Origin: an uncultured Thermofilaceae archaeon
Lineage (GTDB): Archaea > Thermoproteota > Thermoprotei > Thermofilales > Thermofilaceae
Direction of reading: 5' to 3'
Length of the DNA: 32,000 bases
Assembly (NCBI GenBank): GCA_964489665.1
Contig: CAZAZN010000003.1
Span: forward strand, 28,192 to 60,191
Shown piece after piece: positions 25,350-32,000 of this stretch. Under the pieces are notes generated by a model. That model did no database searches. It had not been told where the DNA came from and saw nothing but the letters and a program-made list of their open reading frames with translations. Both the position numbers and the translations under genes were made by a program. How positions within the stretch are numbered: the stretch's first letter is position 1; every line of letters begins with the position of its first letter.

Positions 25350-25398
25350 AAGGTAGGGTCGCCTACTACCACTTCAGGGCTGTAAAATCGTTGACGGA
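25350..25398. repeat. 49-bp direct repeat, copy 2
   Basis: AAGGTAGGGTCGCCTACTACCACTTCAGGGCTGTAAAATCGTTGACGGA, lying in the intergenic gap between the TatD-like stop (25402) and the aminotransferase start. Confidence 0.85.
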
Positions 25399-25401
25399 TA
25401 G

Positions 25402-26244
25402 CTAAGCTGGCGGCTCAACGCCGTAGAGGCGCGCTGGGTTCTCGACGAGAGCACGCCTAGCGTCAGCCTCGCTCAGCGCCCCCTCCCTCAGCAGCCTCGC
25501 CATGGTCTTGGCTATGGACCAGGGAGCTACCACTGCTCCAGGCCGCCTAGGATCGTCTAGGAAGTCGCTCTCCACCACGGAGCTACCCAGCACCTTCGAG
25601 GACGCCGCTAGATCCCTGCTCCGGGCGGGCACGGAGGGTACGAGGCCTAGCTCGGCCGCCCTCTCCGCGAGCGCGCCGCTAACGTGGTGCGCTACCACCT
25701 TCCTAGCACCAACTTCCCTAGCCAGCCTAGCAACTACCTCTAAGGCCTCCACCGTCGGGTCTAGGTGCAGGTGTATGGGCGCGTCTAGCTCTGCGGCTAG
25801 CTCGAGCGCTGCCCTAAGAACCCTGGTACACGCCTCCACGTACCTCCTTGGGACTGGCCAGTGGGGCCTACCAGCCTCCCCCAGCCCATGCGCTAGGCCT
25901 CGCTTAACGTACTCGGCGGCTAACCTGTACGCCTCTACCGAGACCTCCACAGCCTTTTCTAGCCTTACGCCCTTCTCGATCAGCCTAACCGTCTCAGCGG
26001 GGTGAGGGCCTAGCAGTACGGGCACTACTAAGCCCTCCCTCCTCATCTCCTCGGCGCACCTGACGGTAACGTCGTACAGCCTCCTATACTCCTCGGCACA
26101 GGATGCATCGATCCCGACGGACCAGGTTAGGAGGTTTACCAAGCCGTAAAGCCAGCCACCGCTCCCCTTAAACCTCCTCGCCAGCTTAGCCGGCCCCATC
26201 CCCCTAACCGGGTTAACGTGCCCGTGAGCATCGCCAACCAGCAT
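25402..26244 (-). CDS. TatD-like metal-dependent hydrolase (TIM-barrel amidohydrolase superfamily)
   Basis: 280 aa with an N-terminal DAHGHV metal motif, internal HLHLD and VVAHHVSG, and C-terminal NPARLYG, as in TatD/YcfH-like proteins. Confidence 0.6.
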   Translation of the reverse strand: MLVGDAHGHVNPVRGMGPAKLARRFKGSGGWLYGLVNLLTWSVGIDASCAEEYRRLYDVTVRCAEEMRREGLVVPVLLGPHPAETVRLIEKGVRLEKAVEVSVEAYRLAAEYVKRGLAHGLGEAGRPHWPVPRRYVEACTRVLRAALELAAELDAPIHLHLDPTVEALEVVARLAREVGARKVVAHHVSGALAERAAELGLVPSVPARSRDLAASSKVLGSSVVESDFLDDPRRPGAVVAPWSIAKTMARLLREGALSEADARRALVENPARLYGVEPPA

Positions 26245-26397
26245 CGACCCTGCGTTCCCGCACTTGGAATTTTAAGCTTCACAACGTTCCATAAGGAGAG
26301 GAAAAGGGCTGTCTCCAGCGTGGAAGGAGAGCGGCACAACCCCTCTACGATCCCCGCACAGGGAAAGTTAAAAGCGTGCGTTAGCTCGAAACGTGCG

Positions 26398-27252
26398 GTG
26401 AGGAGCACGTCGTCGCCTAGGCTTGAGGTGCTTGAGAGAATTAAGCGCGAGGAGGAGCAGGCTAGGGAGAGGCTTAAGTCGATAGCACATAAGGTGGCGG
26501 TGCTCAGCGTTAAGGGGGGCGTGGGGAAGAGCTTCGTAACGGCGAACCTAGCCGTAGCCCTAGCTAAGCTGGGCAGGCGGGTTGGAGTGCTGGACGCCGA
26601 TGTCCATGGCCCCTCCATCCCGCGAGCGCTAGGGCTACGGGGGGTGAGGCTTGAGGCGGGACCTGACGGCATCATACCGGCTAAGGGGCCCCTAGGCGTA
26701 AAGGTGGTCTCGATAGGTCTCCTGGTGGAGGGCGAGGATAAGGCAGTTGTCTGGCGAGGGCCCCTGAAGTCCGCGTTCATAAGGCAGATCCTAGCCTACA
26801 CTAGCTGGGGCGAGCTCGACTACCTACTCGTAGACCTGCCTCCGGGCACGGGCGATGAGCAGCTGACGATAGCCCAGCTGATAAGCGGCCTCGACGGCTT
26901 CTTAGTCGTCACGATGCCTAACCAGCTATCCGAGTCCGTCGTCTCCAAAGCCATCACCTTCGCTAAGCTACTGGGCGTGCCGATACTCGGCATAGTGGAG
27001 AATATGAGCTACTTTAGGTGCCCGGATACCGGGAAGCTCCACTACATCTTCGGTAGGGGAGGGGGCGAGAGGCTGGCTAAGGCTTCAGGCGCTCCGCTGC
27101 TAGCTAAGCTCCCAATAGACCCAAGGGCCTCAGAGACCATGGATAGGGGCGAGCCGATCGTGCTGAAGTACCCCGACTCGGAGCTCAGCAAGGCCATAGC
27201 GAGCTTGGCAGAGAAGCTCGTAGAGGTAGTTGAGAGCGCTACTGGGGCCTAA
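26398..27252 (+). CDS. mrp: Mrp/NBP35/ApbC-family P-loop ATPase (Fe-S cluster carrier family)
   Basis: Deviant Walker A VLSVKGGVGKSFVTANLA, then LDADVHGPSIP, LLVDLPPGTGDE and IVENMSYFRCPDTG. The first 60 codons of track ORF 26218 overlap the TatD-like start and show no homology. In-frame GTG at 26398, about 30 nt after the TATA-like AAAGTTAAAAG, is proposed as the start. Confidence 0.8.
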   Translation: MRSTSSPRLEVLERIKREEEQARERLKSIAHKVAVLSVKGGVGKSFVTANLAVALAKLGRRVGVLDADVHGPSIPRALGLRGVRLEAGPDGIIPAKGPLGVKVVSIGLLVEGEDKAVVWRGPLKSAFIRQILAYTSWGELDYLLVDLPPGTGDEQLTIAQLISGLDGFLVVTMPNQLSESVVSKAITFAKLLGVPILGIVENMSYFRCPDTGKLHYIFGRGGGERLAKASGAPLLAKLPIDPRASETMDRGEPIVLKYPDSELSKAIASLAEKLVEVVESATGA

Positions 27253-27274
27253 GAACATATGCCGCGATAGGCCT

Positions 27275-28090
27275 ATGCTCTCGATGAGCTCCCTACCCGT
27301 TAGGTTCGAGGAGGTGTTTAGGGTCGAGAAGCCGCTTATCGCGGTAGTGCACCTCCCGCCCCTCCCCGGCTCCCCCATCTACGTGGACGACTTCGAGTCC
27401 ATCATTGAGAGAGGCGTTAAGGACGCTGAGGCCGCCGTAGCCGGGGGTGCCGACGCCGTCATCGTCGAGAACTTCGGGGATAGACCCCTTAGGAAGAGGC
27501 CCAAGCGCGCTACCGTAGCGGCGCTAGCTATCATCGCTAGGGAGGTCGCCCGAGCTGTGGACGTACCAGTTGGAGTCAACGTGCTAAGGAACGACGCGGT
27601 CTCGGCCGTGGTCATAGCCCACGTCTCAGGGGGCAAGTTCATCCGGGTAAACGCGTTCACCGACGTCGTCGCCTCAGACCAGGGGCTCCTAGAGCCCAAG
27701 GCGTGGGACGTGTACGCCGAGATGAGGTTCCTAGGAGCTAAGATAGCCGTTCTCGCCGACATCCTAGTCAAGCACGGTAGGACGCTAAGCCCGCCGGAGC
27801 CCGAGGACGCCGCTAGGTCGGCGGCTTACAGGGGGCTTGCCAGCGCTATAATAGTTACCGGGAAAGAGACCGGCGCGCCCCCAGACCCCGAGCTGCTTAA
27901 AAGGGTTAAGCGGGCGGTCGACGTGCCCGTGCTCATAGGTAGCGGGATTAGGCCGGATAACGTGCGGCTCTACGCGGAGGCCGACGGCTTCATCGTGGGA
28001 ACGTACCTGCACCGGGAAGGCAGGATAGAACTACCGATAGACGAGGATAGGGTTAGGGAGGTGGCGAGGGCCCTGAGAGAGCTTCGATGA
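27275..28090 (+). CDS. BtpA/SgcQ-family TIM-barrel protein
   Basis: PLIAVVHLPPLPGSP, GADAVIVENFGD, GVNVLRND, FIRVN and GSGI are the characteristic BtpA-family blocks. Start taken at the ATG at 27275 rather than 27230, which overlaps mrp. Confidence 0.7.
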   Translation: MLSMSSLPVRFEEVFRVEKPLIAVVHLPPLPGSPIYVDDFESIIERGVKDAEAAVAGGADAVIVENFGDRPLRKRPKRATVAALAIIAREVARAVDVPVGVNVLRNDAVSAVVIAHVSGGKFIRVNAFTDVVASDQGLLEPKAWDVYAEMRFLGAKIAVLADILVKHGRTLSPPEPEDAARSAAYRGLASAIIVTGKETGAPPDPELLKRVKRAVDVPVLIGSGIRPDNVRLYAEADGFIVGTYLHREGRIELPIDEDRVREVARALRELR

Positions 28091-28127
28091 GGGGTTCGGC
28101 GGCGAGGGGTTTCAGCTAATAAAATAA

Positions 28128-28691
28128 ATGGTATTGTGTAAAGGGGGCGAGTTGGGGCTTTACGACGAGGTTGTTGCCGATGTCCCGGAGATAGGTAGAG
28201 TTCTGCTGCAGACTAAGTGGAAGCTTTACTGCATTAAGGGCAGGGTGTGCGCCCTAGCGTATACCGAGGTCGAGAGGGATGGGGTTAGGCTGTGGGTTAA
28301 CGCTTACCTCAGGCTCGAGCCCGTGGGGGAGGTCGTTAGGCTACCCTGTTACTGGGACTGCACGCTAACTCGCTACAGGCTAGGCGACCTGGTGGGCGGC
28401 GTTAAGATAGCCGGCGTGGAGAGGGTTGAGGTGGAGTTCGCTAGCCTAGACGCGCCGCCGATCAGCGAGGCATCGCTCATCAGCGCGGGCTTCCATAGGC
28501 GAGACAATAACGTCAAGGTGTGGGTTAAGGGGCTTAAGGGGGCGGTCCTAGAGGCCTACCCGAACAGTGAGGCTACGAGGATGTACCTAGTCCTGAAGCC
28601 GCCGCGCGCGTACTCCGAAGAACTCGCCAGCGGCATCGTCCAGATGCTGAAGAGCGAGGTGGACATGCTAACTGTGCTCGAAGCGCAGTAA
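28128..28691 (+). CDS. Hypothetical protein (187 aa)
   Basis: The ORF shows host-like codon usage and is preceded by AT-rich TAATAAAATAA. No motif recognised. Confidence 0.5.
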   Translation: MVLCKGGELGLYDEVVADVPEIGRVLLQTKWKLYCIKGRVCALAYTEVERDGVRLWVNAYLRLEPVGEVVRLPCYWDCTLTRYRLGDLVGGVKIAGVERVEVEFASLDAPPISEASLISAGFHRRDNNVKVWVKGLKGAVLEAYPNSEATRMYLVLKPPRAYSEELASGIVQMLKSEVDMLTVLEAQ

Positions 28692-28711
28692 CGCCTTAGA
28701 GCATCGATATC

Positions 28712-28719
28712 TATTTAAA
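28712..28719 (+). promoter_or_regulatory. TATA box of glnA (leaderless)
   Basis: TATTTAAA is centred about 26 nt upstream of the ATG at 28742. Confidence 0.5.
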
Positions 28720-28741
28720 CTCGACATTTAGCTTTTACTAC

Positions 28742-30145
28742 ATGCCGGAAGCTGATGCGTATACAGTCGTCATTGAGAGAATAAAGAGGGAGGGTATCCG
28801 TTGGCTTGAACTCCAGACAACGGACCTTGTCGGCTACCTGCGTAGCGTATACGTCTCGGCGCGAGGCGTAACCGTCGATCAGCTGAAGAGAGGCTTCGGC
28901 AAGCTGGATGGTAGCAGCGTTAAGGGGTTTAAGCCAATACACGATAGCGACCTAGTGCTACTACCCGACCCGGAGACATACGCTAAGATCCCTTGGTCGC
29001 CGGAGGTTGCTAGGCTGATATGCGACATCTACGACAGAGGGGAGAGTTTCATCCGCGATCCTAGGGCCGTAGCGCGGAGAGTTGAGGAGTACCTAGCGGG
29101 CGAAGGCTACTTAGCCCTAGTAGGACCAGAGCCCGAGTTCTTCTTCTTCGACGACGTCGAGCTCTCGGTGGGGCACGGGGAGCAGGTCTATAGAGTCTAC
29201 TCGGCCGAGGCCCCCTGGAGTGGCGTCCTAGATAGCTACTCTAGGATTAAGGAGTCCTATCAGAAGCAGGGCTCGCTCGATCACGTCCTAGACATTAGGC
29301 TCGAGCTAGCTAGGGTGCTGGAGGAGAACTTTGGCCTTAGGGTAGTGTTCCACCACCACGAGGCGGCTACGGCTGGGCAGCTAGAGGCGGGGCTCGAGGC
29401 CCTACCTCCGCTTAGAGTCGCCGACGCGATTCAGACCCTGAAGTACGCAGCTAGGGCGGTCGCTAGGATGAACGACATGATAGCCGTTTTCCTCCCTAAG
29501 CCCCTATATGGCGACAACGGTAGCGGCCTTCACTTACACTTAAGCCTGTACACGAGGGACGGGACTAACCTGTTCTACGACCCTAACGACGAGTACGCCG
29601 AGCTAAGCCAGCTTGGCCGCTATTTCATCGGCGGCCTCATGGAGCATGGCAGAGCCCTCTCTGCCCTAGTCTCGCCGACCGTTAATAGCTACAGGAGACT
29701 CGTGCCTGGTTTCGAAGCGCCCGTTTACCTAACTTGGAGCAGGGGGAACAGGAGCACCGCGATAAGGGTGCCCTTCTACGAGAAGGGCGACGTCCATAAG
29801 AGGGTGGAGTACAGGCCGCCCGACATGACCTGCAATCCCTACCTAGCGGTCGCCGCGGTGGTGCTAGCGGGGCTAGACGGCATAAAGAGGAGGATAGACC
29901 CCGGCGACCCCGTGGATGAGGACGTCTACCGCATGCCGGAGTGGAAGCTCAGGCAGCTGGGGATAAAGAGGTTGCCTAGGAGCCTTGAGGAGGCGCTAGA
30001 CGAGCTCGAGAGCGACTGCGAGTTCCTCAAGCCAGCGTTCCCGTCGGAGCTCCTAGAGGCCTACATCGAGGCTAAGCGGCTAGAGGCTAGGACTCTCCAG
30101 CAGTACCCATCCCCGGCGGAGGTGCACTACTACATCGACCTCTAG
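28742..30145 (+). CDS. glnA: Glutamine synthetase, type I
   Basis: 467 aa with GPEPEFFFFD, GDNGSGLHLHLSL, NSYRRLVPGFEAPVYLTWSRGNRSTAIRVP and EYRPPDMTCNPYLA. Confidence 0.9.
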   Translation: MPEADAYTVVIERIKREGIRWLELQTTDLVGYLRSVYVSARGVTVDQLKRGFGKLDGSSVKGFKPIHDSDLVLLPDPETYAKIPWSPEVARLICDIYDRGESFIRDPRAVARRVEEYLAGEGYLALVGPEPEFFFFDDVELSVGHGEQVYRVYSAEAPWSGVLDSYSRIKESYQKQGSLDHVLDIRLELARVLEENFGLRVVFHHHEAATAGQLEAGLEALPPLRVADAIQTLKYAARAVARMNDMIAVFLPKPLYGDNGSGLHLHLSLYTRDGTNLFYDPNDEYAELSQLGRYFIGGLMEHGRALSALVSPTVNSYRRLVPGFEAPVYLTWSRGNRSTAIRVPFYEKGDVHKRVEYRPPDMTCNPYLAVAAVVLAGLDGIKRRIDPGDPVDEDVYRMPEWKLRQLGIKRLPRSLEEALDELESDCEFLKPAFPSELLEAYIEAKRLEARTLQQYPSPAEVHYYIDL

Positions 30146-30384
30146 ACCGTCGGGAAGAGCAGGGCCCTAACCTGCTTAACGCCCCTTATTTTCTCGAGCT
30201 CCACCACCAGCTTCTTCACCCGCTTAACGTCGCCCCTTATCGCTATAGCTAGCAGGCAGTTCCTCTCGTCTAGGTGGACGTGGAGGGATGCCGGCACAAG
30301 CTCTAGGAACCTATGCTGGACGTCGATCAGCACCTCGTCCGCGCCCCTAGCCTCGTGGTCGTAGATCACGGCGAGGACCCCCGC
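30142..30384 (-). pseudogene. nikR: NikR-type nickel-responsive regulator, C-terminal metal-binding domain only (N-terminal RHH domain missing at the sequence junction)
   Basis: GVLAVIYDHE...DVQHRF...ASLHVHLDERNCLLAIAIRGDVKRVKKLVVELEKIRGVKQ matches the NikR C-domain, including the H-x-H-x5-C nickel ligands. The upstream part of the 119-aa track ORF is merely antisense to the aminotransferase fragment. Confidence 0.7.
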
Positions 30385-31395
30385 CACGTCATCTTTACAC
30401 TCAACGCCAGCGATGCCCTGAACATGGCGATCCGTGGCATCGTACACGGTTACGATTCCTCTAAACACAAGCCGCATGTGGTTACGACTTGGCTGGAGCA
30501 TAACTCCGTGCTTCGGCCTTTAAATGAGTTAGTAAGCCGCGGCGACATAGAGCAGACACGGGTGCGCTGCGATTCCGTGACCGGCCTGGTCGATCCGGAA
30601 GACATCCGCCAAGCCATCCGACCGAACACGGCCCTTATCACGGTCGTGCATGGCTCGAACGTGACCGGTACATTGCAACCCGTGGCCGAGGTCGGCAAGA
30701 TCGCCCAGGCGCACGGCATCCCGTTTCTGGTGGACGCGGCACAGTCGGTCGGGCATGTGCCGATCGACGTGCGGGCCATGGGCATCGACCTGTTGGCGTT
30801 CCCCGGACACAAGGGTCTGCTCGGTCCGCTGGGCACCGGCGCACTCTACATCCGGCCGGGCCTGGAGAAGCAGATGGCCACCAGCCGCGAGGGCGGCACC
30901 GGGTCATTCAGCGACAGGGACACACAGCCCGACGTCATGCCCGACCGCTTCGAGCCCGGCAGCCACAACGCGCCCGGCATCATCGGCCTGTCGCAGGGCG
31001 TCAAGTGGATCCTCGACAAAAGCATCGATCAAATCTGGCGTCACCAACGCGAGTTGATTGGCATCATGAGTGATCGGCTCAACAGTGATGACCTGCCCGG
31101 GCTGACGCTCTTTGGCCCGCAAGGTGTCCAGGACCGTGTCGGCGTCTTCAGCATCCGCATCGACGGCTTCGATACCCCGCAATCGCTCTCGGATGTGTTG
31201 GAAAAAGACTTCGGCCTGCTCACCCGCTCGGGTATCCACTGCGCACCGTTGGCCCATCAGACGATCGGCACAGCCGACCGTGGCGGGACGACGCGCATCA
31301 GTCTCGGGGCTTTCAACACGCCCGAGGATATCCACGCTATTTGCGACAGCCTCGCACAAATCTGCCAACATCACGCGGCGCGTGCGGTTTCCTGA
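30385..31395 (+). pseudogene. Class V aminotransferase / cysteine desulfurase-like, 5'-truncated (about 70 N-terminal residues missing), bacterial-style codon usage
   Basis: Homology starts at VIFTLNASDALNMAIRG, followed by VVTTWLEHNSVLRPL, ALITVVHGSNVTG, FLVDAAQSVGH, the PLP site FPGHKGLLGPLGTGALY, RFEPGSHN, and SGIHCAPLAH. Arg codons are CGN and no CTAG occurs. Confidence 0.75.
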
Positions 31396-32000
31396 GGTGT
31401 GTCAATCAAGGCGAGGGGTGTTGCCCCGCGTTGCCTGTTCGCCGCGGCAACCATCCGTTCCACACCAACCGCGGCGAATACCAGTAGCACCGGCGCAACC
31501 GAATCCCTGAACCGGTCACTGCCATAGAAGACAACCGTGCTTGCCACCGTCGCGAGGATCGGCAGGAGCAGCAGCCACGCGGTAGCCGGCGTCCGCTTGA
31601 ATGTAATGATCAATCCGGGCAACAGCATCGGCACGATGGCGAGCCAGCCGGCGGCGAAGGCGATCTGCACAAGCCGGTTGTCGGTCTCCTTGACAGGGCT
31701 GGCCAGTCGCCAGAGTTTCATAGCGATCAGGCCCGGCATCTGGTCGGCGTTAGCGCGGATAGCGTCCAGGCCGTAGCGTGTGGCCTGATCGTTTCGCTCG
31801 ACCTCATTACCGATAAGCGGGTGATCGGCGTCCACAAGGTCACTGGCTTTGACCCAGCCGCCCCGGTGTGCGGGGTCGTGGAAAGTCAGATCGTTGTGCG
31901 AGCCCCACAAGCCGTAGCCCGTGATCGTTGAGAGCGTGGGCTTGCCCATCACGCCGGCGTTGCGGAGCACCCACGGTGACAGGACCAGCGAAAGCACCAT
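31371..32000 (-). CDS. C-terminal part of a polytopic membrane glycosyltransferase-like protein (GT39/ArnT-like), partial at the window edge
   Basis: A loop region is followed by several helices and a C-terminal YGSDRFRDSVAPVLLVFAAVG, typical of PMT/ArnT-type enzymes by recollection. It shows bacterial-style codon usage. The ATG at the window edge is probably coincidental. Confidence 0.45.
   Translation of the reverse strand: MVLSLVLSPWVLRNAGVMGKPTLSTITGYGLWGSHNDLTFHDPAHRGGWVKASDLVDADHPLIGNEVERNDQATRYGLDAIRANADQMPGLIAMKLWRLASPVKETDNRLVQIAFAAGWLAIVPMLLPGLIITFKRTPATAWLLLLPILATVASTVVFYGSDRFRDSVAPVLLVFAAVGVERMVAAANRQRGATPLALIDTPQETARAA

Noticed and set aside
26218-26397. N-terminal 60-codon extension of the mrp ORF
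   Set aside because: It overlaps the divergent TatD-like start and promoter region, has no Mrp homology and no internal ATG. A TATA-like element precedes the in-frame GTG at 26398.
25502-26780. Long antisense ORFs (25502-26005 plus strand, 26136-26780 minus strand) overlapping the TatD-like and mrp genes
   Set aside because: They are shadow ORFs with low-complexity S/T/A/P/R-rich products and no motifs. The opposite strands carry recognisable TatD-like and Mrp proteins.
30385-30501. N-terminal 40 residues of the 119-aa minus-strand ORF (MLQPSRNHMRLVFRGIV...)
   Set aside because: It is antisense to the aminotransferase fragment, lies across the compositional junction, and bears no resemblance to the NikR ribbon-helix-helix domain.
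30450-31510. Multiple overlapping ORFs on both strands in the last 1.6 kb (for example 30450-30836, 30638-30907, 30755-31057, 30904-31374, 31112-31510)
   Set aside because: These are high-GC shadow frames with Arg/Pro/Ala-rich products. The class V aminotransferase frame alone shows conserved motifs.
1-32000. Search for tRNA or rRNA genes, CRISPR arrays, integrases, transposases and toxin-antitoxin pairs
   Set aside because: Intergenic gaps are at most 242 bp, and none folds into a cloverleaf by eye. There are no regularly spaced repeats, and no recognisable recombinase or transposase ORFs.

Overview
About 30.4 kb of archaeal DNA is joined at roughly 30,385-30,395 to about 1.6 kb of compositionally different, bacterial-style high-GC DNA. 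The archaeal part is CTAG-rich, uses AGG/AGA for Arg and ATA for Ile, has BRE/TATA promoters and many leaderless genes, and looks like a hyperthermophilic Thermoproteota genome. It is a dense C1/cofactor island. It holds a formylmethanofuran dehydrogenase operon (fused fwdD-fwdB, fwdA, fwdC) followed by mch, a frameshifted ftr, and an MtdA/MtdB-type NAD(P)-dependent methylene-H4MPT dehydrogenase. It also holds H4MPT-linked tailoring genes (RimK/MptN-like ATP-grasp, CofE-like ligase, CitG-like synthase). Interleaved with these are nickel-pincer-nucleotide (NPN) cofactor genes: larE, larB, and two structurally complementary larC forms. No larA is visible in the window. Two gene sets have no assignable function. 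One is a four-member paralogous family of pol-beta-type nucleotidyltransferase proteins of about 350 aa, physically coupled to the lar genes, ftr and the CitG-like gene. The other is a monocistronic 613-aa orphan with its own strong promoter and terminator, lying between ftr and larC. Housekeeping genes follow: aminotransferase, TatD-like hydrolase, Mrp/NBP35, BtpA-like protein and glnA. No mer, mtr, mcr or CODH/ACS genes, tRNA or rRNA genes, CRISPR arrays, integrases or IS elements were seen. All assignments rest on by-eye motif and family recognition; no searches were run.
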